Positions 37,625 through 47,890 of a stretch of 64,000 nt of DNA are shown here, piece by piece; position 1 is the stretch's first letter, and each line of letters opens with the position of its first letter. The notes below the pieces were generated by a model, which was not told the DNA's origin, searched no databases, and saw nothing but the letters and a program-made list of their open reading frames with translations. Source of the DNA: an uncultured Chlorobiota bacterium (GTDB taxonomy: Bacteria > Bacteroidota > Ignavibacteria > UBA10030 > UBA6906); NCBI GenBank assembly GCA_900696645.1, contig CAADGV010000043.1, positions 66,848 through 130,847 of the forward strand, read 5' to 3'. Position numbers and translations under genes: made by a program.

Positions 37625-40057
37625 CTATTTGGAATTCTCTCTACGACCAAACTCATCGAGCGCAGATTCGATTTCGAGTTTCACATCGTCGTCCGTCTCT
37701 TGTTGCATGCGCCTCTGTAAGGCAGCCAGAGCGTCGCTTCCCCTCCACATACCGAGAATGCGGACAGCATTTTTACGGATAGAAGGATTGAAGTCGGCCG
37801 AAAGCCGGATGACAGCGGTGCGCGCATCAGAAGAGCCTTCACCGACATTACGCAGAATATCCAGCGCTAGCCCGCGAATATCTGCGGCATTTCCGGGTTC
37901 GACATACTTGATAGCATACGGAATGGCACCCGGCTCCTGAATGCTGCTGAACGCCTGAAACGCCGCGCGGCGCAGAATATCCCGATGCGAATCGAGATCA
38001 ACATACTCGCGGGCAATGCTGAACACATTGGCAGAATCAATCTCGGCCAGAACATTCAAACACGAAGCCTGAACAACGTAGCTTGAGTCGCGGGCAAGAG
38101 CGTGCTTGACAAAATCAACAACATCTGCTGAAGCGTGTTTGTCCAAGGCAACAATAGCAGCGTTGCGTACAGCGGACTTGGTGTCGTTGTAGATTTGAAA
38201 CATCGCGTCTTTGATTCCAGGAAGCGTCATGATGCCAAGATAGATAGCCGCTTCACGGCGTACAGCCCAAAAGCGATCATTCAATGCCGCATCCTTCAGA
38301 GCGGAAAATACTTCCTCATCATCGGGGTACGGTCTCAACTGCCGAGCTGCAGAGATTCTATCTGTAATGTCCACAGCATTGCGAAGTTGGTAGATAATTT
38401 CGTCTTTCGACTTCTCGAACTTCAGCTCCTTCAGTACTTTCATTCCCCTGTCCGGAATGATCATGAGAGGCTTTTCGCTCAGCGGAATGGTAACCTGTTC
38501 CTCCGCTTTCGAGACCAACACTCGTGTCAGGGTTTTGCCGGAGGATGTTGTACATTCAATATCAAGCGGAAACCGGAAGAGACCGGCGAGGCTGTCGATA
38601 GTCTGCGTCTGTCGAATTGTAAGGAGAAGGGTTGCCGCGTTCTCGTCATACGACGATGTGATTTCCAGCCGGGGATATCCGGCTTTGAACACCCACTGGT
38701 CGAAAAACCAATCCATGTTCTGCCCCGTCGCATCTTCCACGGCCTTCATGAGATCATACGTACTGACGCTTGTGAAGGCATTGCGCTGCAAATAGCAATG
38801 TATTGCCCGGTGGTATTCTTCCTCGCCAAGAATGTTGTGCAGCATATACAGAACCCACGCCCCCTTCGAGTACAGGTTCCCGGGAAAACTGTTGCCGCTG
38901 ACAATCGGCCTGCGGCCTTCGCGCTGCTCAAGAGAGACAATGCCGGCGGCCTGCTCCATAAGGCTGTGTTGGAATGCATCAAATCCGGAAGCATATTGCT
39001 TGTACAGAGCCTCGTAGTAATTTGCAAACCCTTCGTTCAACCAGAGTTCCGACCAGTCACGGCAAGTAACCAAATCGCCGAACCACTGGTGCGCAAGTTC
39101 ATGGGCAACGACATCAGCAGCGGTGAAATCCAGCATACCCCGCCTGTCAATGAGATACGAAGTGTTCAACGTAACCGCCGTCGTATTCTCCATCCCTCCC
39201 CACATGAAATCATCGATAAAAATCTGGGCGAACTTCTCCCACGGATACGCGTATCCTGTCACATGCTCAAAATACTTCATGATGCCGGCTGTTGCAGAAA
39301 GACTGCGAACACCGTCTTCAGCCCTCTCCTTGTACACGTAATACTCAAGCGGGATATTCCTGTATTTCTCGGTAACGATTTCGTACTCCCCGGCGGCAAT
39401 CATGACGAGATATGCAACATGCGGCTTTGCTTGAGACCAGTGAAACGTCTTCGTCTTGTTCTTCTTGTCGTGCCGGACACTTACGAGTCTGCCATTGGAA
39501 AGGAGCGACCACGAATCCCGGACTGTAGCAAACACCTCCGATGTTGCCCTGTCATTCGGGAAATCCCAACAGGGAAACCAATACCTGTTGTCCATATCCT
39601 CGCCCTGCGTCCAGATCTGGGCTTTGCGTCGCGGGTTTGTGCTGTCGGGAGAAAGGAAATGCATCCCCCTTTTCGGCGTGGCGGAATACGTAACGGAGAG
39701 AGTGACCGTATCTCCAAAGCCGTATGAACGATCAAGATGGATGGCGAGTTGTTTTCCCGAATTGACGAACTGAAGATTTTTCCTCCCTTTAAGAACTACA
39801 CTTTTTACATCCAGCTCCACGGCATGTAACGTGCATGCGCTCAAGCTGCTTTTCAGCGGAATGAATGAAATTGTCGTCGTGCCGGAGACTTTCTTCTTCT
39901 CCTCTTCGAACGAGACTTCAATTCTGTAGTGCAGAACATCATACTCCCTGCTTGGCCGAGCCATGTCCCGTGAACCGAACAGGGATCCTGCAGCTGCAAT
40001 GAGTGGAATAGTGAAGAGAAGGCCGATGGCCGCAAGGAGGATTCGCCGATTAATCAT
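37625..40057 (-). CDS. pepN: M1-family aminopeptidase N with C-terminal HEAT/PBS-lyase-like repeats
   Basis: GAMEN-type WGGMENTT; HELAHQWFGD...18 residues...WLNEGFANY; C-terminal HEAT repeats (ALNDRFWAVRREAAIYLG). Confidence 0.85.
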   Translation of the reverse strand: MINRRILLAAIGLLFTIPLIAAAGSLFGSRDMARPSREYDVLHYRIEVSFEEEKKKVSGTTTISFIPLKSSLSACTLHAVELDVKSVVLKGRKNLQFVNSGKQLAIHLDRSYGFGDTVTLSVTYSATPKRGMHFLSPDSTNPRRKAQIWTQGEDMDNRYWFPCWDFPNDRATSEVFATVRDSWSLLSNGRLVSVRHDKKNKTKTFHWSQAKPHVAYLVMIAAGEYEIVTEKYRNIPLEYYVYKERAEDGVRSLSATAGIMKYFEHVTGYAYPWEKFAQIFIDDFMWGGMENTTAVTLNTSYLIDRRGMLDFTAADVVAHELAHQWFGDLVTCRDWSELWLNEGFANYYEALYKQYASGFDAFQHSLMEQAAGIVSLEQREGRRPIVSGNSFPGNLYSKGAWVLYMLHNILGEEEYHRAIHCYLQRNAFTSVSTYDLMKAVEDATGQNMDWFFDQWVFKAGYPRLEITSSYDENAATLLLTIRQTQTIDSLAGLFRFPLDIECTTSSGKTLTRVLVSKAEEQVTIPLSEKPLMIIPDRGMKVLKELKFEKSKDEIIYQLRNAVDITDRISAARQLRPYPDDEEVFSALKDAALNDRFWAVRREAAIYLGIMTLPGIKDAMFQIYNDTKSAVRNAAIVALDKHASADVVDFVKHALARDSSYVVQASCLNVLAEIDSANVFSIAREYVDLDSHRDILRRAAFQAFSSIQEPGAIPYAIKYVEPGNAADIRGLALDILRNVGEGSSDARTAVIRLSADFNPSIRKNAVRILGMWRGSDALAALQRRMQQETDDDVKLEIESALDEFGRRENSK

Positions 40058-40141
40058 GAAGATTTGTATCTAGATATGTACAAAAAACGACGCCGCCCCG
40101 TAAGAACGGAACGGCGTACACGTGTCAAAGTGAAACACCAC

Positions 40142-41959
40142 TTACTTGCAGCTGATCCTCTCCATAGCCTTCTTGGCCTCTTCATGGCGGGGATTGATTC
40201 GGAGAGCTTTGGCGTATGCTGTACACGCTTCCTGGACAAGCTTTCTGTTCTCCTCGGTTCTGCCCTCGACTCTCAAGTAGGTCAACGCGAGGCCAAGCCA
40301 ATAGTGACCTTCAGCATTGTTCGGCTCCAGTTGATTGCATCGACGGAACTTCGCAACGGCTTCTTCCGTCCTCTTTCGATTCTCATCCGGATCGTCGCCG
40401 CGCGTAAGAATGAGACACTGCCCGATGACAAGGTTCAACCCGCCCGTTTCGTTATAGGTGATCCCCCTGCGAAAGCTGTTGAGTGCCGAGTTGTAGTCTT
40501 TACGGCTGAAGTAATACGAGCCGAGCTGCGTGTACGCCTCGCCTGCTTCTCTTTTGAATCTGTCCGGATTTTCGTTCGCGAGCCGGATTACCTCATCGTA
40601 CGTCTGCTTCATCTTATCGGTGGAATCCACCTCAAGATAGTAGCGGGCAAGCCAGAGATGCGCCTGCAGGAAGTCGGACCGTAGTTCAATTGCTTTGAGG
40701 AACAACTCCCGCGCCCGCGGTAGATTTTTTGGCGGCTGCATATAACTTGAGCCTGCATTCACATACGAAACAAGTGAACGGGGATCGCATTCGATTCTTT
40801 TCTCGAACATCCGGGCTGCTTCTTCGTAGTTTTGCTTTTTCATGTAGAGAAAGCCGAGATTGAAATACGGCTCGCAATTCGTTGAGTCCGCATCCCGTGC
40901 TTTTAGCAGAACTTCCATTGCCTCGTCTTCCTTCCCGGCACCAAAGAGCGCTGTACCCAGTTTGGAATAATCCTCCGGCAATATCGCCTTGCGGCGTTCA
41001 ATCATATCAAAGGCGCTCATGGCCCCTTTGTAGTCGCGTGTCTCGACCAACGCGTATGCATACGCGCGCCAGTTATCCACGTTTTCGGGGTCGAGTTTCA
41101 CGGCTACTTCGCCCGCTTTTGCTGCATCCGCCCAACGCTCCGAGTTGGCCAGGGACTGTGCATAGATCGAAGCCGCTTCCACGTGATCAGGCTGCAATTT
41201 CACGGCACGTTCCATAAAAGGCACAGCACGGGGATACAGCTTCGCCCTGTAGAGAATTTTTCCAGCTTCGAAGTACGCATCAAAATTCATCGAATCGATC
41301 TTTACGGCGGAAAGAAACGCTTGCACGGCTTCGGTATATTGCCGGTTTGCAGCGTATGTTCGCGCAACCTTCATCTGGGTTTCGATATCGTTCGGCGACA
41401 GTTCAAGCGCTTTCTCGTAGTTCATATTCGCAAGCGGTCGCACACCCTGCTTGTTGTATGCATCGCCCAACGAAATATAGATGTTCGGGTTCTTGTCGTC
41501 ACATTCTTTTGCCCGCGTTAAAAGAACAATTGCTCCGTCCGGCCCGTCAATCTGTCCAAGTTCCACAAGAGCAGCACCGTATGCAGCCGGCACACGGCAG
41601 TCCTTCGGGGCCACTTTCGTGGCGCGTTTGTACTGCGCAACGGCGTTTGCATTATCCTTCTTAATCACGTAGGCATCGCCAAGGGCAATCAACGCCTCGA
41701 CATTGTCGTCGTTGATGCGAACGGCAGTTCTCAGATAGTTGATAGCGTCGTCAACCTGCTCACGCCGGAGAGCTATTGCGCCAAGATAATAGTTGCAATC
41801 ACTTGATTTCTGTCCCGCCTTGATTCCCTCCTGAAACGCTGCAATTGCCGCCGCGGTATCGCGGGCAGCAAGAGCAGCCCGCCCTCTGCCAAAGAAATCC
41901 TGGGTGTGGCTGACTTCAGCGATGAAGAGTATTGCTATCAGAAGTTTCGAGAGTTTCAT
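40142..41959 (-). CDS. Secreted tetratricopeptide-repeat protein (last gene of the TonB operon)
   Basis: Signal peptide; at least 12 TPR units. Confidence 0.75.
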   Translation of the reverse strand: MKLSKLLIAILFIAEVSHTQDFFGRGRAALAARDTAAAIAAFQEGIKAGQKSSDCNYYLGAIALRREQVDDAINYLRTAVRINDDNVEALIALGDAYVIKKDNANAVAQYKRATKVAPKDCRVPAAYGAALVELGQIDGPDGAIVLLTRAKECDDKNPNIYISLGDAYNKQGVRPLANMNYEKALELSPNDIETQMKVARTYAANRQYTEAVQAFLSAVKIDSMNFDAYFEAGKILYRAKLYPRAVPFMERAVKLQPDHVEAASIYAQSLANSERWADAAKAGEVAVKLDPENVDNWRAYAYALVETRDYKGAMSAFDMIERRKAILPEDYSKLGTALFGAGKEDEAMEVLLKARDADSTNCEPYFNLGFLYMKKQNYEEAARMFEKRIECDPRSLVSYVNAGSSYMQPPKNLPRARELFLKAIELRSDFLQAHLWLARYYLEVDSTDKMKQTYDEVIRLANENPDRFKREAGEAYTQLGSYYFSRKDYNSALNSFRRGITYNETGGLNLVIGQCLILTRGDDPDENRKRTEEAVAKFRRCNQLEPNNAEGHYWLGLALTYLRVEGRTEENRKLVQEACTAYAKALRINPRHEEAKKAMERISCK

Positions 41960-42882
41960 TCTATTTGTACCTGTTTTGATGTTGTTTCGACTAAGCGAAT
42001 GGGCATTGTCACGGGAACAAGACCCTCACTCAAGAATCGTTGCTGTCCGTGAATTGAGGTGATATGGGCAATGAACCCCGTCGCAACCGTATATCCGTAG
42101 GCCCGGCTATAGAGGTACACAGGTCGGGTAATCGGATAGTAGTTTCTGTGAATGTGTGCCTGATGCGGTGTATAGAAACGCCCAACGGGTTCCGTCGTAT
42201 CCGGACGGACTCCGGGCTGGCCAAGGGCAAACACCGTCAGTTGGTCTTCCCTTCCCCGCAACCAGTTCAAACCAACGATGCCGATGGCATTCGGATTGTT
42301 TTCCACATAGGTCACAAGACTGTCGCTGGACAAGATTCGTGCAGCGCTGAGCGTGAATGGTTTGTTGTTCATGATTTTCTTTCGGAACACCTCATTGACA
42401 CTGGAGTTGACATCGCCGACGGCGACATCAATGAGTTTACCGTTCCACTTCCAGCGGGCAAGCGACCCCTGAAAGATGCTGTCAAGTTCGGTCAGGCGGA
42501 GTTCCTTCTGTGGATTGCTCCTGTGTCCTATGACAGCGATCGCATCAATGGCACATCGATAACTTTTCCATTCGATATCGGGGTATCGCTTCAGAACATC
42601 GAGTTCTTCATCGTTGAAAGCGCGGGCGCTGACAATCACCTTCACGCTGTCGTTAATGAAGTTGGTGATTGCTTCCCTGCCTTCGACCACTCTGATATCA
42701 ATCTTTGCGTCAGGGTAGGATTGTTCGAAACCGGAAGCAATATGCTTCACAACATTGCTTACCGACTCATCAACTTCAACGGTAACCGTTCCTGACGTTG
42801 TTACCAACGGTTTCCGCTGATCACATCCTGCCAGAAGCGTGCCGGTCAGTATCAGAAACACGATCACCATCTTACTTTTCAT
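41956..42882 (-). CDS. PstS-family periplasmic substrate-binding lipoprotein
   Basis: Lipobox LLAGC; SGF...YP..KIDIRV.EG / FIN..VKVIVSARAFNDEE pattern typical of PstS-like periplasmic binding proteins; 4-nt overlap with the TPR gene. Confidence 0.55.
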   Translation of the reverse strand: MKSKMVIVFLILTGTLLAGCDQRKPLVTTSGTVTVEVDESVSNVVKHIASGFEQSYPDAKIDIRVVEGREAITNFINDSVKVIVSARAFNDEELDVLKRYPDIEWKSYRCAIDAIAVIGHRSNPQKELRLTELDSIFQGSLARWKWNGKLIDVAVGDVNSSVNEVFRKKIMNNKPFTLSAARILSSDSLVTYVENNPNAIGIVGLNWLRGREDQLTVFALGQPGVRPDTTEPVGRFYTPHQAHIHRNYYPITRPVYLYSRAYGYTVATGFIAHITSIHGQQRFLSEGLVPVTMPIRLVETTSKQVQIE

Positions 42883-43093
42883 CCCGATCCATTCCTTTCG
42901 AGCGAACGTAAGTCAGAACAAGGCGATACGCCCCATATAAGAACACTACCGCGCCAAAGATGACGCGGTAGTGTTCGGGAACATGCTTAGGAACAAGAAA
43001 ACCCAAGATTGCCATCATCCCTGCAATCATTACCGCGCCCGATACCGCATACACAACAAATCTGAGCACAGAAACGATATTCATCACTCCCAT
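42872..43093 (-). CDS. Small two-TM membrane protein
   Basis: 73 aa with two hydrophobic helices; position conserved within the operon. Confidence 0.4.
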   Translation of the reverse strand: MGVMNIVSVLRFVVYAVSGAVMIAGMMAILGFLVPKHVPEHYRVIFGAVVFLYGAYRLVLTYVRSKGMDRDEK

Positions 43094-43127
43094 TCTCTGT
43101 CCGGGCTATATTACTTCCGATCCGCCA

Positions 43128-43898
43128 TTACTTCCGATCCGCCAGCTTGAATCTGAAGGGCACGGATACCCACACGGATACCGGGCCGTTGTTCATGTAT
43201 GCCGGCGTAAACAGAAATTGCTTTGCTGCTTCAACTGCTGCGTCGTTAAAGATCTCGGCATCGCTTTTCAGAACGACAACTTGCTTCGGCTTGCCTTCCC
43301 TGTCCACCCATATCTTCACCCACACTCTTCCTTCAAGACCTGCACGCATTGCAAGCTCCGGATACTTCGGCTCTACTTTGCGCACGACAACAGGCTCCTT
43401 CTCGACGGCGACAAAATCCGCGGGCGGACCGTCGTCTTCAATCCTGATATCCTGTTGAATCTGGACTCCGCCAACGCCATCGCCAAAGCCTTCACCGATA
43501 GGGGCAGCAACCTGACTCATTTCGGTTTGGGTGGCAATCGTCTGTTCCGGGCTTGCTTCGGCGTCAGGAACGGGCACCGGGGCACCGACAGTCGGTTTTG
43601 CCACCGGTGCGCTCACGGAAACCGGAGGCGGCACGTTGGTGTTCGTAAGCGACGGCGGCGGACCGAGGTCGCTGTACTTCAAAATGCGAACATTGATCGG
43701 CGGCGGCTCTTCCTCACCCAACACCTGGGCAAGATAGTACGAGCCGAACCCTACCGCGTGGATGGCGACAGCGATCAGGAAACCGCGGAACCAGTACTTC
43801 TGGTATACCGCCTTCAACTCAATAGCGCCATACTTTGATCCTGCGCTAACCGTACCGGTGGAACCTGCTCCGGCCATGGACAGCTTTGCCATAGTCAT
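43128..43898 (-). CDS. tonB: Energy transducer TonB
   Basis: N-terminal TM; Pro-rich spacer (PPPSLTNTNVPPPVSV...PVPVPD); C-terminal TonB domain VEPKYPELAMRAGLEGRVWVKIWVDREGKP. Confidence 0.85.
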   Translation of the reverse strand: MTMAKLSMAGAGSTGTVSAGSKYGAIELKAVYQKYWFRGFLIAVAIHAVGFGSYYLAQVLGEEEPPPINVRILKYSDLGPPPSLTNTNVPPPVSVSAPVAKPTVGAPVPVPDAEASPEQTIATQTEMSQVAAPIGEGFGDGVGGVQIQQDIRIEDDGPPADFVAVEKEPVVVRKVEPKYPELAMRAGLEGRVWVKIWVDREGKPKQVVVLKSDAEIFNDAAVEAAKQFLFTPAYMNNGPVSVWVSVPFRFKLADRK

Positions 43899-43923
43899 TC
43901 CTTCTTAAAGATATGGTGAGTTG

Positions 43924-44421
43924 TTATTTAACTTCCGAAATAAGTTTCAGATCCTGCTCCGTCATACGGGCAATACTGAACCGTTGCATTTCCGCCTGAT
44001 TCAGTTCGTCCATTACATCCACCATCACTTCATACTTCGCCTTCGTATCTATCTTAACAAGTGTAACCAGTTTAGGGTTCGCCTGGACGCGTTGGCGGAT
44101 ATCCGCCCGCAGCTTCGAGAATTCCATTTTCTGCGGGGCATCCATGCCAATGTTCCAGAACACTTCGCCTTTTTCGTTCAGGCGGAGAGTCAGGAGATTG
44201 GACTCGGCAATTTCCACTTTGACGTTCTCATCCGGCGGTAGATTGATCTCCATCGTTTGCGGACGGGCCATCGTCGTCGTGAGCATGAAGAACGTCAGCA
44301 ACAGAAACGCAATATCAACGAGCGGCGTCATATCGATACGAATACCGATGCGCTTGGACTTCTTGCGTTTCTTCTTTCCATGACTTCTAGGTTGTGGGGC
44401 ATCCCCACCAAGACCTGCCAT
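43924..44421 (-). CDS. exbD: Biopolymer transport protein ExbD/TolR
   Basis: IDMTPLVDIAFLLLTFFMLTT. Confidence 0.85.
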   Translation of the reverse strand: MAGLGGDAPQPRSHGKKKRKKSKRIGIRIDMTPLVDIAFLLLTFFMLTTTMARPQTMEINLPPDENVKVEIAESNLLTLRLNEKGEVFWNIGMDAPQKMEFSKLRADIRQRVQANPKLVTLVKIDTKAKYEVMVDVMDELNQAEMQRFSIARMTEQDLKLISEVK

Positions 44422-44435
44422 AGCGTTAACCTCCT

Positions 44436-44900
44436 CTAATTCGCTTCAAGGTTTGTGACGAGATTGAATCTCGTAATCTTTGTTTTTTGCAGAATGTCCA
44501 TCACGTCTTGCGCGATGCCAAACTCGGCATTCCTGTCTCCTTTGATCACCGTGCGGAGCTTGGGATTCATAGTGCGCGCTTGAATCAGATAGTCGCCAAG
44601 CTTTTCACGCGGTATCTCAACACCGGCTCTCAACTCGTTTTCCTTGCCGAACAGTCGTCCGCGCAGGCGCTGCGAATCGACATCCATGAAGATTCGCCCG
44701 TCTTTCGCAAGGCTGAGCGTCAGCACGTCCGATTCAGGCAACTTGAACACCGAGTTTGACGCAGGCAGGTCAATCGACACCTCCTCCGCCGGCTTGAACT
44801 GGGTTGTTAACATAAAGAATGTCAACAAGAGAAACCCGATGTCAACAAGCGGCGTCATATCGAGCAGAATGCCGTGACGTTTCGGTTTTATCTTTGCCAT
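44436..44900 (-). CDS. exbD: Biopolymer transport protein ExbD/TolR (second copy)
   Basis: LDMTPLVDIGFLLLTFFMLTT. Confidence 0.85.
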   Translation of the reverse strand: MAKIKPKRHGILLDMTPLVDIGFLLLTFFMLTTQFKPAEEVSIDLPASNSVFKLPESDVLTLSLAKDGRIFMDVDSQRLRGRLFGKENELRAGVEIPREKLGDYLIQARTMNPKLRTVIKGDRNAEFGIAQDVMDILQKTKITRFNLVTNLEAN

Positions 44901-44934
44901 ATGATTCTCTCCTTGTGTTTTGTTTGTCGAGAGA

Positions 44935-45711
44935 TCACTTGGTTTTCGCGCCTAAGATTTCAGCAACATTGTAGCTTGCTTCATCGACCATGTACATGAA
45001 GTTGTCCACGCGCGTAACAAAAAAGTTGTAGAAAATGATACCGATGATAGCCGCAAAAAGTCCGAGGGCTGTATTGATAAGCGCTTCGGAAATACCGATT
45101 GAAAGCTGGATAGCATCGGGCGCACCCGCTTGTGCAAGAGCCTGGAATGCACGAATCATACCGATCGTTGTTCCGAGAAGCCCGAACATCGTCGCTGTCG
45201 ATGCAATCGTGGAAAGTGCAATCAGGTTTCGCTCAAGAAGCGGAGTCTCAAGGGCCGACGCTTCTTCGATGGCACGTTTCGTCTCCGCCATCTTCTTCTC
45301 GCCATCCATTGAGTTGTCGACGAGAACTTCCTTGTATCGTTCGAGTCCCGATCGTATAATATTGGCCGCCGATCCGCGCTGCGCATCGCATTCCTTGATG
45401 GCCTCATCAATCTTTCCACCAATCAACGCCGCCTGTACTTTCTTGAGAAACGCGGGAAGCGAACCTTTGCCCTGGGCCTTGCGAAGAGAAAACGTTCTTT
45501 CAAAAATGATTGTCACATTCATCAGTGTCAGCGTAATCAGAATCGGTACAACATAGCCGCCCGTGTACACTGTTCCGAGCAAATTCAGGGGTTGCTGCCG
45601 TGTGGCACCGTCCTTGAAGTTCTCAGGATTGCCGAGCACGAACAAATAGATGCCAAACGCTACCGCAAGCGTCACAATGATCACGACAGTGAGAAACACA
45701 GATTGTTTCAT
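44935..45711 (-). CDS. exbB: MotA/TolQ/ExbB proton-channel protein
   Basis: Three TM helices; ALSTIASTATMFGLLGTTIGMIRAFQ...ISEALINTALGLFAAI. Confidence 0.85.
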   Translation of the reverse strand: MKQSVFLTVVIIVTLAVAFGIYLFVLGNPENFKDGATRQQPLNLLGTVYTGGYVVPILITLTLMNVTIIFERTFSLRKAQGKGSLPAFLKKVQAALIGGKIDEAIKECDAQRGSAANIIRSGLERYKEVLVDNSMDGEKKMAETKRAIEEASALETPLLERNLIALSTIASTATMFGLLGTTIGMIRAFQALAQAGAPDAIQLSIGISEALINTALGLFAAIIGIIFYNFFVTRVDNFMYMVDEASYNVAEILGAKTK

Positions 45712-45778
45712 CGATCAAACTCCTCTTTTTGTTTATGTAATTAGTAGATGATAGGTAAATGAATTGCCATGAGATTTG

Positions 45779-46123
45779 TTACGACAGCGCTTTGACAGCG
45801 TCGTCGCGGGTTTCCGCAACATCAAATACCATCGTCAGCTTCGTAATCACGAAGATGTTGTTGATATTGTTGTTGATGCCGCAGAGCTTTACGACCCCAT
45901 TGTTGCGGGAATAGGTGGTATGCGCCTGAACGAGAACTCCGATGGCTGTACTGTTCAGGTATGTCACTTTGCTTAAATCGATGATGAGCTTCTTGTTGCC
46001 CTGCTCCACGAAATCCGCCACTGCACTCCTCAACTCGTCTGTCTCTTCGCCGCCAACGAGTGAGCCTTTCACTTCGATAACGCCGATTTTGCCGCTTTGA
46101 AGCGTGGTTGTTTTGACTGACAT
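45779..46123 (-). CDS. STAS-domain protein (stand-alone anti-sigma antagonist-like)
   Basis: LIIDLSKVTYLNSTAIGVLVQA...; start at MSVKTT (cat at 46121-46123). Confidence 0.65.
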   Translation of the reverse strand: MSVKTTTLQSGKIGVIEVKGSLVGGEETDELRSAVADFVEQGNKKLIIDLSKVTYLNSTAIGVLVQAHTTYSRNNGVVKLCGINNNINNIFVITKLTMVFDVAETRDDAVKALS

Positions 46124-46415
46124 AGTGTCTCCAAAAAACTGTGCGATACTGTTGGTGATTTGAATGTAGTTCACAAGGAAAACAAAGGAAGTCTCACAAA
46201 CGCCAAGTTACTTACCCGGAAAACAACCGCAGGAAGTAGCCAAACACTCCTGTACGCATTGGGTGAAGAAAACCCGGGCATGGATGGTAGGTGCCCTTCA
46301 GGCTGAGTGTTTCAGAACCCAGATTTATATATGTGTGACGCAAAACAAATGCCATTGTTCAATGCGACCAGTTGGCGTGAATTTACGGGTTTTGGGCTGC
46401 GGGAAAAACCAACGT

Positions 46416-46509
46416 CTTGCACAATGCAAGATGAAACTACGTGAATTGATATTCAGGTTGGCCAATTCAGTACGTGCCAATATATTATCACTCCTTGCAA
46501 AATGCAAGG
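46416..46509. promoter_or_regulatory. Two related palindromes, cTTGCAcaaTGCAAg (46416-46430) and ccTTGCAaaaTGCAAgg (46493-46509), plus additional CAATGC half-sites and a TTGGCCAA palindrome, in the 445-bp region upstream of the STAS-exbB operon
   Basis: Seen directly; candidate dimeric transcription-factor operators; no sigma-54 -24/-12 match found by eye. Confidence 0.35.
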
Positions 46510-46567
46510 CAAATTTTGTGTACGCCGGAATCCGAAAATGGACGGATTATCAGGCGCAAACGGGCAT

Positions 46568-47887
46568 TCACAACTGAAATTTCTTTCTTTTTCGCCAAAG
46601 TGTTGCAGGATCGATATTCAGTATAGCAGCGGCTTCTTCGAGGTCATGTGCAATGCGTAGCACTTTCATAATGTGCTGGCGTTCCATCTCTTCGAGGGAC
46701 ATAAGTCCCGACGACGACGCATCCAACTCACGAAATTGATCTGGAAGATGTTCAAGGCGGATATCGCCCTCACGCGCAAGCAACACAGCCCTCTCTATAA
46801 CATTCTCCAACTCCCGGACATTGCCTTTCCATGAATACGATTTGAGAGCGAGAAATGCCTCCTGCGAAATCTCGCCGCCGCTTCCCGATTTTCTCAAGAA
46901 ATGCGTCACTAACAGCGGGATATCTTCCATCCGTTCGCGCAACGGCGGAAGTTTGAGCGTCACGGCATTCAGTCTGTAAAAAAGGTCCTCACGGAACGTT
47001 CCGGACTTCACCGCGTGTTCGAGATTCTTGTTCGTCGCTGCAATGACGCGGACATCAACCTTCAGGGTTTCGGTTTCACCGACGCGTTCAAACTCCTTGT
47101 TTTGCAAGAACCGGAGCAGCTTCACTTGTGTTTGCAGCGACACCTCGCCGATTTCATCAAGAAACACTGTGCCTCCATCGGCGGCCTCAAATCTTCCCTC
47201 CCGATCCTTTGTTGCGCCTGTGAATGCTCCCTTCACATGTCCGAACAACTCGCTTTCCAACAACTGCTCGGCAAGCGCGGCACAATTGACCACGACAAAA
47301 GGCTTCTCACGGCGCTGACTGTTGTCATGGATGAAGTGTGCGAGAAGTTCCTTTCCTGTTCCGCTTTCCCCTTCAATCAGTACGGCGATATTTCCCGGCG
47401 CAACCTGCAAGCCAAGATCGAGCATCGAGCGCATTCTCTCGCTGCGCGTCACAATCTCCCCGGACGACTTCGCACGTTTCAACTCTTCTTTCAGTTCAAT
47501 GATCTCGCGTCGCAAGTTGTGATGATCGAGAACTTTCCGGGCAAACAGCGTCAGTTCCGAAAACTCGAACGGCTTTTGCAGGTAGTCGTAGGCCCCAAGC
47601 TTGATTGCTTCCACGGCAGAGTCAATGCTCCCGTGAGCTGTCATCAATACAACGGTTGTGCCGGGTTGAAGTTTTCTTGTCTCACGCAACAATTCCATAC
47701 CATCTATCGGAGACATTTTGAGATCAAAGAATGCAATATCGAATGACTGCTCCCGGATCGCATCAAGAGCCTTCAGCGGCTCCGAGAAAGCGGTTACGTC
47801 AAAGCCGACTGCCTCGAGCCCGAGGGTTACAGTTTTGAGAATATTGCGTTCATCATCAACAAGAATGACGGAGGATTTCGCTGGCAT
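46568..47887 (-). CDS. Sigma-54-dependent response regulator (NtrC family: REC-AAA+-Fis)
   Basis: VILVDDERNIL...FDLKMSPIDG; AAA+ GESGTGKELLAHFIHD, GAFTGA, ESELFGH; C-terminal HTH AAAILNIDPATLWRKRKK. Confidence 0.9.
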   Translation of the reverse strand: MPAKSSVILVDDERNILKTVTLGLEAVGFDVTAFSEPLKALDAIREQSFDIAFFDLKMSPIDGMELLRETRKLQPGTTVVLMTAHGSIDSAVEAIKLGAYDYLQKPFEFSELTLFARKVLDHHNLRREIIELKEELKRAKSSGEIVTRSERMRSMLDLGLQVAPGNIAVLIEGESGTGKELLAHFIHDNSQRREKPFVVVNCAALAEQLLESELFGHVKGAFTGATKDREGRFEAADGGTVFLDEIGEVSLQTQVKLLRFLQNKEFERVGETETLKVDVRVIAATNKNLEHAVKSGTFREDLFYRLNAVTLKLPPLRERMEDIPLLVTHFLRKSGSGGEISQEAFLALKSYSWKGNVRELENVIERAVLLAREGDIRLEHLPDQFRELDASSSGLMSLEEMERQHIMKVLRIAHDLEEAAAILNIDPATLWRKRKKFQL

Positions 47888-47890
47888 GAA

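Noticed and set aside
38135-39727. 530-aa plus-strand ORF
   Set aside because: It is fully antisense to the well-supported pepN gene (HEXXH and GAMEN motifs on the minus strand) and has no recognisable motifs of its own. Several other long ORFs fall inside, and antisense to, confidently assigned genes and were rejected on the same grounds: 13887-14687 (+), 7392-8267 (+), 21850-22686 (+), 25765-26628 (+), 42064-42795 (+), 47015-47746 (+), 60160-61098 (+) and 14672-15253 (+).
46440-46480. Sigma-54 (-24 GG / -12 GC) promoter near the TGCAA palindromes, expected because an NtrC-type activator is encoded adjacent
   Set aside because: Scanned by eye on both strands. The TGGCACGTACTGAATTGG and GGGCACCTACCATCC candidates lack a correctly spaced TTGC -12 element. 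I cannot assert a sigma-54 promoter without a matrix scan.
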